Assembly: GCA_965223905.1 (NCBI GenBank)
Contig: CBDCXV010000001.1
Coordinates: 1,344,001 to 1,408,000, forward strand
Reading direction: 5' to 3'
DNA length: 64,000 nucleotides
From: Candidatus Latescibacterota bacterium
GTDB lineage: Bacteria > Latescibacterota > UBA2968 > UBA8231
The first letter of the stretch is position 1. Every line of letters starts with the position of its first letter. Below, one piece after another: positions 1-8,084 of this stretch. Position numbers and translations under genes: made by a program. Below the pieces are notes generated by a model that was not told the DNA's origin, searched no databases, and was given only the letters and a program-made list of their open reading frames with translations.

Positions 1-897
1 CTGCAGGGGGTCCGGTCCGGTGACGCGAACGAGGTCTCCCTCGCCGCGCACCTCGACCCCCATCTGCACCAGCTTGGCCTCGAAGATGTCGAGGTGGTGC
101 CTGACGACGCCGCGCAGGGCCACGTCGCCCCCGGTGATCGCGGCGGCCATCATCAACATGCCGGCATCGAGGCGGTCGTACATGACCGTGTGCTCGGCGC
201 CGTGGAGCTTGTCGACGCCGGTGATGTGCACGGTGCGCGAGCCGACGCCCTCGACCTTGGCCCCCATCTTGGTCAGCAACGCGGCGAAGTCGGAGATGTC
301 GGGATCGGAAGCGGCGTTGACGATGACCGAGTCCCCCTCGGCGAGACTGGCGGCCATCACGAGGTTCTCGACCCCGGTGTGGCTCGGCAGGTCGAGGTAC
401 ATCCTGGCGCCGCGAAGATTCTCCGCCCTGACGTCGTAGCCGCCCGAGCCGGTGCCTGAACCGGTGCCTGAAATGGTGGCCCCCATGCGCGCGAACCCGC
501 GGTAGTGGTAGTCCGTCGGCCTGGCGCCGATCGAGCAGCCGCCCACCTCTTCGATGGTGACTTCCCCGAAGCGGCTGAGAAGAGGGCCCACAAAAAGCAG
601 CGATGCCCGCAGCCGGTGCGACAGCTCGCCGGGCAGCTCGGTAGTAGAGAGGGTGGTCGCGTCGATCACGGCGACCCCCTCGTCGGGCTCGTAGTCGACG
701 CGGGCCCCGAGGCGGCGCAGGATCTCCAGGGCCAGGAGCACGTCCTTCACGGGCGGGACGCGGTGCAGTACGGTCTGTCCGCTTTCGGCGAGAATCGACG
801 CGGCGATCATCGGCAGAGCGGCGTTCTTGGAACCCTGGACCAAGGCTTCCCCGGCCAGGGGGGTTCCACCTTCTATGTAAAGAGATTCGGTAGCCAT
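1..897 (-). CDS. murA: UDP-N-acetylglucosamine 1-carboxyvinyltransferase, 5' part (runs off the window start)
   Basis: Manual translation from ATG at 897: MATESLYIEGGTPLAGEALVQGSKNAALP...LRASLLFVGPLLSRFG...GGCSIGARPTDYH. The KNAALP and GGCxIGxRP motifs are diagnostic. Not in the ORF track because its stop lies outside the window. Confidence 0.95.
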   Translation of the reverse strand, partial: MATESLYIEGGTPLAGEALVQGSKNAALPMIAASILAESGQTVLHRVPPVKDVLLALEILRRLGARVDYEPDEGVAVIDATTLSTTELPGELSHRLRASLLFVGPLLSRFGEVTIEEVGGCSIGARPTDYHYRGFARMGATISGTGSGTGSGGYDVRAENLRGARMYLDLPSHTGVENLVMAASLAEGDSVIVNAASDPDISDFAALLTKMGAKVEGVGSRTVHITGVDKLHGAEHTVMYDRLDAGMLMMAAAITGGDVALRGVVRHHLDIFEAKLVQMGVEVRGEGDLVRVTGPDPLQ

Positions 898-1041
898 CAG
901 CCCTCAGAAAATGGCAGGGACGGGGGGACGCGGTGAAGCGATCCTGCCGATTGCGGGGAGGGATGTGGGGGTAAGCATTTCCCAAGATACCATAACGGCC
1001 CCGTTGGAGTCAATCGGTAAAATTCGACGTAACACCTTGGG

Positions 1042-1069
1042 TTGACAAGTAGATAGGTGTGGGTATATT
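1042..1069 (+). promoter_or_regulatory. Putative sigma70 promoter for the glutaredoxin gene
   Basis: TTGACA (1042-1047), 16 bp spacer, TATATT (1064-1069), in the AT-richer divergent intergenic region. Confidence 0.55.
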
Positions 1070-1138
1070 TCAACACTTTCCGGCCTCGAAGGGCAGTTGG
1101 TTCGAGGCCGACGACGCCCACGAATGGAGGACAGATCG

Positions 1139-1408
1139 ATGACAGACCAACCGGAAATCACGGCGTACCTGAAGCCGGTGTGCGGCTGGAGCGCCGGAGT
1201 GCGGGGAGTATTCGCCAAGTATGGCCTGCAGTACGAGGACAAGGACATCATCAACAATCCCAACAACTACGCCGAGATGGTGCAGAAAAGCGGCCAGCCG
1301 CTTTCCCCGTGCGTCGAGGTCAACGGCGAGATGCTCGCCGACGTCAGCGGCGAAGAGGTCGAGGCCTGGATGCTGCAGAAAGGGGTTGTAGAACCGGTAA
1401 ACGCCTGA
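1139..1408 (+). CDS. Monothiol glutaredoxin-like protein (CGWS active site)
   Basis: MTDQPEITAYLKPVCGWSAGVR...SGQPLSPCVEVNG, thioredoxin-fold size; GGAGG RBS at 1126-1130. Confidence 0.85.
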   Translation: MTDQPEITAYLKPVCGWSAGVRGVFAKYGLQYEDKDIINNPNNYAEMVQKSGQPLSPCVEVNGEMLADVSGEEVEAWMLQKGVVEPVNA

Positions 1409-1429
1409 GGCGAAACCCGGTTTCTCAAA

Positions 1430-1475
1430 TCGGCTTCCGGCCGGCTACTGATCGAGCAGCCGGCCGAGAAGCCGA
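1430..1475. terminator. Long stem-loop between convergent genes, possible bidirectional terminator
   Basis: Arms TCGGCTTC-CGGCCGGCT and AGCCGGCCG-A-GAAGCCGA; overlaps the stop of the minus-strand gene; no strong U tract. Confidence 0.45.
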
Positions 1476-2014
1476 CTCATTCCCTCGACAATATTGGGCT
1501 GCTCGTGATTGAGCGGCCCGTTTTTTTGTGAGCGGATCAGGGTCAGGGCGCCGAGCGGGCGGGCGCCGCCGCCGGCCAGGGGGAGCACATAGACGAAGCC
1601 GACGTTGCCGCTGTCGTTCCCTCCGAGGATCACCTTGCCGAGATTGGGAGGCAGAGGTCCCTCGCCATCCCCGCTGCTTTCTCCCATGATCAGCAGCGGG
1701 GTGTTTTTTGCGAAGGCAGCCGCGGCCGTCGAGCGGGCATCGGCGCCGAGCCGCGCGCCGTAGAAGCTCTCCTGCCGCAGGGTATGCTCCAGCTCTCCGG
1801 CACGGCCGTCCCCCGCATGCACCGCGTGCAGGTGCAAGGTTCCGTCGCCGGCGATCCGTTCGTACACGATCGCGTCCGCGGCGTCGATTCCCATCAACAA
1901 CTCCATGCCCTTGCAGACCGCTTCGTCGGGGTCCATGGCGGAGAGCATATCGACGATGTGGGACGGAATCTCCATCGGCGCCGGCATGTTGAACGGAATC
2001 ACGGTGAGGGCCAT
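1445..2014 (-). CDS. Stand-alone GAF-domain-like protein
   Basis: ORF 1445..2065, start refined to MALTVIPFN (GGAG upstream); C-terminal VYVLPLAGGGARPLGALTL resembles GAF strands. Confidence 0.6.
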   Translation of the reverse strand: MALTVIPFNMPAPMEIPSHIVDMLSAMDPDEAVCKGMELLMGIDAADAIVYERIAGDGTLHLHAVHAGDGRAGELEHTLRQESFYGARLGADARSTAAAAFAKNTPLLIMGESSGDGEGPLPPNLGKVILGGNDSGNVGFVYVLPLAGGGARPLGALTLIRSQKNGPLNHEQPNIVEGMSRLLGRLLDQ

Positions 2015-2155
2015 CGGTTCTCCTTGACAGGGTTGGGGGGCAATCGTAAGGTTTCCCGCTTCCACAACCCGTGTGGGAGCAGGGCTGATGCAGGTTGCCT
2101 GAATGGCCGGCAGGGCGGACAGCCGGCCCTCGCTATTTATAGCGATTTTTTCGGT

Positions 2156-2231
2156 GGCTCTTTAGCTCAGTAGGTAGAGCAGGGGACTGAAAATCCCTGT
2201 GTCCGCGGTTCGATTCCGCGAGGAGCCACCA
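2156..2231 (+). tRNA. tRNA-Phe (GAA)
   Basis: 76 nt cloverleaf: GGCTCTT acceptor, TAGCTCAG, anticodon arm GGGGA-CTGAAAA-TCCCT, T arm GGTTCGATTCC, encoded CCA end. Confidence 0.97.
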
Positions 2232-2247
2232 TCTTTCTCTACTATAA

Positions 2248-2290
2248 ACAGGCACTTACCTGCTACAAGGTGAGTGCCTGTGATTTTTTT
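2248..2290 (+). terminator. Rho-independent terminator after tRNA-Phe
   Basis: ACAGGCACTTACCT / AGGTGAGTGCCTGT stem followed by GATTTTTTT. Confidence 0.85.
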
Positions 2291-2345
2291 GAGGCGTATA
2301 ATCACATTTTGGAGCCCATATCTCATTCGCCGCGCTTTACTCCGA

Positions 2346-5237
2346 TTAACCGGCTCCCAGTCCGGCGTGAAACGTCAGGAACGTGAACGCAAGGGTCTGC
2401 GAGCGATCTCTGCCCGCGAACACCTCGATGCGGCGGCGATCCACTCTTAAACCGATCTGGACCATCAGATTGTAGCCTACATACTGAGTCGAGTTCGACA
2501 GCTGCAAGGCGACGGACGTTTCGCGGTAGTCGCCGGTCGCGTCTCCCGGGTCCAGACCTGAGGCCCGCTCCGCGGCGGAGACCTCTTCCTGTTCGAGGTC
2601 GCGGAACATCAGCCGTTCCAATCCGACCTGAATGACGGACCGCCGCAGCAGCGGGACTTCGACCCGGGTGGAAAAGATCCCCGTCCACTCTGCGCGCTCC
2701 GCCTTCGGATCTTCCAGAAGTTTTACGATGCTGTACGGCGTGTCGTCCATGAACAGCTCGTGCTTGAACCGCGGTTTGAACGCTACACGCCCGATCCGGT
2801 AGACGTATTCGAGCTTGTTGATCAGACCGAACCGCCGGGTGTTCCGCGAGATCTCACGGCCGCCTCTGTCCGTCATGCCCCTGTCCCGCTGCCGGAAGAA
2901 CTCGAACATGACCTTGTTTTCCGTGTTGATGCCCGCGTCCCCGAATCGTTCGAACCCCAGCGACACCCTGTTCGCGAAGGTATTCTGCATCACTAGCGGA
3001 TCCCGGATATCCTTCATCAACCCCGGCGAACCCGGCGGTGTGCCGAGGACGACCTGGCCCGGCACCCACTGGATGAGGTCGTCGGCGATGTCGTCTTTTA
3101 CCAGCTTCACCACATCGTAGAAGGTGATATTCCCCAGTCTGGGGAGGCTCTGCTCATAGGCTACGATGCCGTAGGTGGTTCGATTGCGCTCCCCCGTGGA
3201 CGGCCGCCGAACCCTCTCGTGGCCGGCGGTGACCCTCAGCTCGGGCGAGATCCAGGCGCGCAGGTAGGCGTTGTGTCCTCGCCGGTCTCTCTTGTACGGG
3301 TAGTCCGGTTCGTCGTCGTTTTCGAACCGGTCTCCCCAGCCGTTGTTGTTCAGGTCCAGCGCGAAGAGGTACTCAGGGCGGTCCACGCTGTAGCGCAGGA
3401 AGGGTTCCTCGAAGTCCGGCAGGAAGTTGGGGCGGTTCGGCAGGCTGTTCTGGTTGAAATCGGGGATGAAGTCGTTGTTTTCATCGAGGCCGGGAAAGAC
3501 CGCCTCGTCGGCAAACCCCTCCGGCGTTCTCCCCCTCTGCCTTTCGTCGCCGGTGCGGCCGTCGTCGAACCGACGCTTCTGATCGTTTTTCCTGTCGTTG
3601 TCGTCGTTGTCGTCCACGAAGTCATAGGTGTGCCGGGACCTGGCTGGCTCTGAATCCGAGTAGTCCACGTTGCCGGCGCCGTCGACAAACCGCGAACTCG
3701 TGTCGTAGTCGGCGTCCATGCCGAAGGCCTCCCCGAAGAAAAAGAAGGGATGGAACCGTCGCGACACATTCACCATCCAGCCGGTGGAGGTGCGGTCTCC
3801 CCCGATTCCCGAGGAGGTGCGGTGGGTGTCGCGCTTCCGGTTGGGGTACTGCGTGAACTGGTGGTTGACGTTGAATTCCCCGTTGAATCTGAACCCGGCG
3901 ATGTCGCTGGCCTCCAGGGTGAGCCCGATGACCTGCGTCGCCGTGGGCAGGCCGTAGTCGAACACCACCACTCGCTGGTTCGAGTTGTCCTTGACGTTTC
4001 CCGAGGCCCGCGCCACCGTCCTGAACTGAGGCTGCTCGCCGAGGGGGTTGTTGTCTGTTTGCTTGTTCGAGGTGACCTCCACCTTGTAGTCGTTGCCCAG
4101 AGTGAGGCGGAAGCGGACCCTCTCGATGTTGTTGACCAGATCCGCGTCCGGGATGATGCTCTCCAGGTCGACCACATCCGGGTCTTCCTCCGAGAAGATG
4201 TACTCGAGCAGGATCCGGCTCGTCTCCCCCCGGCCCTCGGCCACCAGAAAGCCGTCCCGTTCCAAGCCGCCCTCGATCCGCGGCGCGAACCCGATGTCGC
4301 TGCCGACCAGAACGGTGTCCACCTGGCCCATCTTCGTCCATATCTCGACATCACTGGCGAACAGCGTCGGTCCGCCTTTTCCGTCTTCCGGAGAGTCGCC
4401 GGACAGCCGAAGAGCGATCCGGTCGATCCGACCGTCCAGCTGAGCCGTCGTCAGCTTGCCCGTGAAGGGGTTCCCCTCGAAGCGATCCGAACCACTCCTG
4501 CCGTTGTGGACGTTGACAACCGTGCCCCCGATCTTCACGGATTCGGTCACGTCCCAGGTCGCCCTGAGACCGATGAGGTTGGTGAAATTGTCGACCCAGT
4601 GGTAGATGGGGAAGCGAGGTGTGCCGACCAAAGGCAGGCTGATCCGCGAGATGAGCATGGTGGCGGCCATCCGCTCGGACCCGTAGTTGAACATGAGACC
4701 GTTGTAGGCGGTCTTGCGGAACGTCATCGGTGTCAGGGTGGCGTGGATTTCGTCTCCGATCATGACGGAGACGTGATGCTGACCCCTTGAGTCATGGGTG
4801 ACGACGAGGTGGCCGAAGCCGCTGTAATTCTCCGCCTGCAGGATACCGGAACCGCCAAAGGTGGCCGGCTGCGTCTGCCGCCAGTCGTAGACCAGCCACC
4901 CCCTTTTCAGCTGCCTGCCATACAGATCGTAGAAGTAGATCCCCTCCTGGCTCGGGTCCAGGTAGCGCTGGTAGATCTCCTCGCGGTAGTTGGCGTACTC
5001 CCACTGCGTCTTGTATTCGGGCGCCAGTTCCTGGGGTAGGTACCACTTGCGCAGAGAAGGGTACAGGACGTCAGTGCGGATGCTGGTTCCGGCCGAGTGA
5101 AACACCGGTTGACCGAGCTCCCGCCGTCCCAGACGGGCGCCGTATTCGTTCCGTGCGGCGGCGGATCCGGCTGCCGTCAGCACCGTAGCGGCCAGCAGCA
5201 TCATCCCGGCCGCCAGTATTGTGCCCCCACCTTTCAC
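2346..5237 (-). CDS. Large secreted acidic protein, probable outer-membrane beta-barrel (paralog of 5234..8020)
   Basis: 963 aa, signal peptide, Asp/Asn-rich Ca-binding-like motifs (DDNDDNDR, DENNDFIPDFNQN, DLNNNGWGDRFEND), amphipathic C-terminal strands ending FTFLTFHAGLGAG. Confidence 0.8.
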   Translation of the reverse strand: MKGGGTILAAGMMLLAATVLTAAGSAAARNEYGARLGRRELGQPVFHSAGTSIRTDVLYPSLRKWYLPQELAPEYKTQWEYANYREEIYQRYLDPSQEGIYFYDLYGRQLKRGWLVYDWRQTQPATFGGSGILQAENYSGFGHLVVTHDSRGQHHVSVMIGDEIHATLTPMTFRKTAYNGLMFNYGSERMAATMLISRISLPLVGTPRFPIYHWVDNFTNLIGLRATWDVTESVKIGGTVVNVHNGRSGSDRFEGNPFTGKLTTAQLDGRIDRIALRLSGDSPEDGKGGPTLFASDVEIWTKMGQVDTVLVGSDIGFAPRIEGGLERDGFLVAEGRGETSRILLEYIFSEEDPDVVDLESIIPDADLVNNIERVRFRLTLGNDYKVEVTSNKQTDNNPLGEQPQFRTVARASGNVKDNSNQRVVVFDYGLPTATQVIGLTLEASDIAGFRFNGEFNVNHQFTQYPNRKRDTHRTSSGIGGDRTSTGWMVNVSRRFHPFFFFGEAFGMDADYDTSSRFVDGAGNVDYSDSEPARSRHTYDFVDDNDDNDRKNDQKRRFDDGRTGDERQRGRTPEGFADEAVFPGLDENNDFIPDFNQNSLPNRPNFLPDFEEPFLRYSVDRPEYLFALDLNNNGWGDRFENDDEPDYPYKRDRRGHNAYLRAWISPELRVTAGHERVRRPSTGERNRTTYGIVAYEQSLPRLGNITFYDVVKLVKDDIADDLIQWVPGQVVLGTPPGSPGLMKDIRDPLVMQNTFANRVSLGFERFGDAGINTENKVMFEFFRQRDRGMTDRGGREISRNTRRFGLINKLEYVYRIGRVAFKPRFKHELFMDDTPYSIVKLLEDPKAERAEWTGIFSTRVEVPLLRRSVIQVGLERLMFRDLEQEEVSAAERASGLDPGDATGDYRETSVALQLSNSTQYVGYNLMVQIGLRVDRRRIEVFAGRDRSQTLAFTFLTFHAGLGAG

Positions 5238-8020
5238 TGCAAACCTGCGTACACGGTGATGAAGCTCGTACTGGTCGCCTGGATCTCGTTCTTCCGCTTC
5301 AACTCGTCATCCTTCTGGACGACATGCTCCTCCCACCGGCGACCGTAGCTCAACCCGAACTGGGTGGTGAGCTGGTATCCCAGATAGGCTCCTGACGTCG
5401 TCCACTGGATGGCCAGGACGAGGTTCTCGAAGTCGTTCGTCAGGCCCGCCGGCCCGATATCAAGTATCGCGTCCTCGTCCGTCGCCATGTCCCGGAAGCG
5501 GGTGAACTCTCCCCCAGCCTCGATGAAAGTCCGGCGCAAGAAGGGGTGTTTGAGCAGCAGAGTGCCCGTCCCGGTCCAGTCCTTGATGTCCGCCCTTCGT
5601 TCCACAAATGCCGCCTGTCGCCGCAGCTCGCTCTTGAATCTGGGCTGGATGACGAGCCCCCCGATCTCACGGGTGTAGTCGGCCTTGTTGATGAGCCCAA
5701 ACAGATCGGTCCGTTCCTCCAGGATGGGTCCCACGGTGCGGTTCTTGTAGGCCTGTCCCTGCTGCGCGTAGAGATCGTATTTCACCTTGTTGATGAGGTT
5801 CAACTTGCCGGTGGGCCTGAAGTCCAGCTGGAGGTAGGCGGAGTTCACCCAGGTGTTCCTCGCCGGCAGGATGTCCGGCACCAGGGCGAGGGCGCTCAGG
5901 TGCAGGTGTGGCGACATCTCCCTGCGGTCATCTGGTATGTCGTCCTCGACCCGTTTCAACATGTCGAAGAACCGCACCCGGACCCAGAGGTAGTCCCTGT
6001 CGAAGGTGACGAGCCCGTAGGTGGTGTAGTTCCTATGGTCGGAGGACTTACTGTCCTCCCGCAGGCGCCCGACCGTTACCTTGGCATCGGGCGCCACAAA
6101 CGTCCCCAAGTAGACGTTGTAGCCTTCGTGGTCGGTCTTGTAGGGAAAGTCCGGCAAGTCGTCGTTCTCGAAGCGATCGACCCAGTTGTTGTTGTTCAGG
6201 TCGATGCCGAAAAGGAACTCGGGGCGATCGGCATGGTACCTGAAGAAGGGTTCTTCGTAGTCCGGGATCCGGTTGTTCAGGACGCGATTGTCGTTCTGGT
6301 TGAAATCGGAGATGAAGTCGTTGTTTTCATCCCAGCCTGGAAAGACGATCACATCCCCGCCTGACCGGCCGCGGAACCAGTCGGGCGAGCGGTCCTGGTC
6401 GTCGTTGTCGTCGACAAATTCGTAAAGAGCGCTACGCTGGTCGTCGTAGGTAATGCCACCGGCCGAGTCGACGATGTAGGCCGAGGTGGAGTAGTCGGGA
6501 TCCAGACTGAAGGCTTCACCGAAGAAGAAAAAGGGATACGCAATCCTGGACACGTTCACCATCCAGGCTTCCGCAGTACTCGAATGGGTCATCAGCGAAC
6601 GGTCGTCCGCGAACCGGGCGGGGTTGGGATACTGGGTGTAGCTCCGGCTCACGTCGAACTCGCCATAGGCATCGAACCCGAATACGTCTTTGACATCGAT
6701 ATCAAACCCGTACACCAGGCGTGCCGACGGCAATCCGTAATCGAAGACCACCCGCGTTTGATTCGAGTTGTCCTTGACGTTTCCGGGTGCACTGGCGATG
6801 TCCAGTAACGCCGGTTCCAGCTCGTCGATCTCCTGCCCCGTCAAAGGCAGGCCGGGCATCGGGTTGAGCCCCGTCTGTCGGTCGGACCAGATCTGGAGTT
6901 TATAGTCGTTGGCCACCACCAGGTCGAAGCGGATATCGACAATTTCGGAGGGTCGGGGACCGGTGTAGGCGAGATCGGCAAAGTCGTAGTTGATGACGAT
7001 CTTTTCCTCGCCGTCAGCCGATAAGGTTCCCTCTCTCGGGGTGCCACCCGAGACGATGGGCCACTTGGCGGGATCGGAGACCACCTCCCTCAGCCGGAAC
7101 TCGTCGCGCTCTCCAGTGGCAAATTCCTCGCTGGTGATGATGATGTCGTGCGAGAACAGGGTAGCCCCGCCCCGTCCGTCTTCGGGGGAATCGTCGCTCA
7201 GGATCAGGGCCATGGCGGAAACGGCCTCACTCCCCTGGTCGACGCCCAGCGAGCCGACGAAGGGATTTCGCTGGAAGGCATCGCCGAGTGTGGTCGAGTT
7301 GTGGGCGTCCACCAGCGTTGCACCGAGTTTCACGAACTCGCCGACCTGCGCTGTGGCACGGCCGCCAATCAGATTCGTCGCATTCGTTATCGTCCTGGGA
7401 GTGTTTTGGGGCGTCACTCCGACGACCGGCTCGCTGATCCTGGACAGCAAGAGGGTCGCTTCGTACTTGTCGGTACCGAAGTCCATCTGCATGCCGTTGA
7501 ATGCCGGCTTCGAGAATGTCAAAGGGGTCAAGGTCGTCCTGATGCGGTCGCCCACGGTAATGGCGTAGAAGTATTGCGAATGCGAGTCAGAGCTGACCAG
7601 GATGGCGCTGAACCATTGGTTGAACGTCTCGTCCTTGAAGATGGACGAGCCGAACTGCGCCGGCATGTTCTGGTTCCAGTCGTAGGCGAGCCAACCCCGG
7701 GTGAGGTAGTTGCCGTAGAGATCGTAGAACGGCTCGCCCTCGATCGTGGTACTCACGTACCTTTCGTAGTAATCCCTGGCGTAGTTCGTGTACTCCCCTT
7801 GCTGCCAGCGATAGTCCTCGAACAGCTCTTGGGGCACGTACCATTTCAAAACCGCCGGATCGAGGGCGCCCATAATCACGCCCGGGCCTCGCGGCTCGTA
7901 GGTGATCTCACCTCCCCAGCGCCGACCCACCCGTCGGTCCTGGATCTGGCCATAGCCGGCGACCGCCTGGGCGATTACCAGCAGCCCTGCGACGAACGAC
8001 CACTTCAGTGTCTTGCGCAT
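5234..8020 (-). CDS. Large secreted acidic protein, probable outer-membrane beta-barrel (paralog of 2346..5237)
   Basis: 928 aa, signal peptide; shares GWLxYDW, TLTPxTFxK, DSPEDGxGGxTLF, GNVKDNSNQ, FDYGLP, DDNDD and DENNDF blocks with its neighbour; ends FITVYAGLQ; 4 bp overlap with the next gene. Confidence 0.8.
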   Translation of the reverse strand: MRKTLKWSFVAGLLVIAQAVAGYGQIQDRRVGRRWGGEITYEPRGPGVIMGALDPAVLKWYVPQELFEDYRWQQGEYTNYARDYYERYVSTTIEGEPFYDLYGNYLTRGWLAYDWNQNMPAQFGSSIFKDETFNQWFSAILVSSDSHSQYFYAITVGDRIRTTLTPLTFSKPAFNGMQMDFGTDKYEATLLLSRISEPVVGVTPQNTPRTITNATNLIGGRATAQVGEFVKLGATLVDAHNSTTLGDAFQRNPFVGSLGVDQGSEAVSAMALILSDDSPEDGRGGATLFSHDIIITSEEFATGERDEFRLREVVSDPAKWPIVSGGTPREGTLSADGEEKIVINYDFADLAYTGPRPSEIVDIRFDLVVANDYKLQIWSDRQTGLNPMPGLPLTGQEIDELEPALLDIASAPGNVKDNSNQTRVVFDYGLPSARLVYGFDIDVKDVFGFDAYGEFDVSRSYTQYPNPARFADDRSLMTHSSTAEAWMVNVSRIAYPFFFFGEAFSLDPDYSTSAYIVDSAGGITYDDQRSALYEFVDDNDDQDRSPDWFRGRSGGDVIVFPGWDENNDFISDFNQNDNRVLNNRIPDYEEPFFRYHADRPEFLFGIDLNNNNWVDRFENDDLPDFPYKTDHEGYNVYLGTFVAPDAKVTVGRLREDSKSSDHRNYTTYGLVTFDRDYLWVRVRFFDMLKRVEDDIPDDRREMSPHLHLSALALVPDILPARNTWVNSAYLQLDFRPTGKLNLINKVKYDLYAQQGQAYKNRTVGPILEERTDLFGLINKADYTREIGGLVIQPRFKSELRRQAAFVERRADIKDWTGTGTLLLKHPFLRRTFIEAGGEFTRFRDMATDEDAILDIGPAGLTNDFENLVLAIQWTTSGAYLGYQLTTQFGLSYGRRWEEHVVQKDDELKRKNEIQATSTSFITVYAGLQ

Positions 8021-8084
8021 GGCCTCCAGCCCTTTCCTGCAGACCGTGTCAACGTGTGACGGGTGCTGCCAGGCAGCACCCGAA

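Noticed and set aside
2156-2290. tRNA-Phe as a genomic island attachment site
   Set aside because: No integrase beside it, its terminator is intact, and I found no duplicate of the tRNA 3' end in the window.
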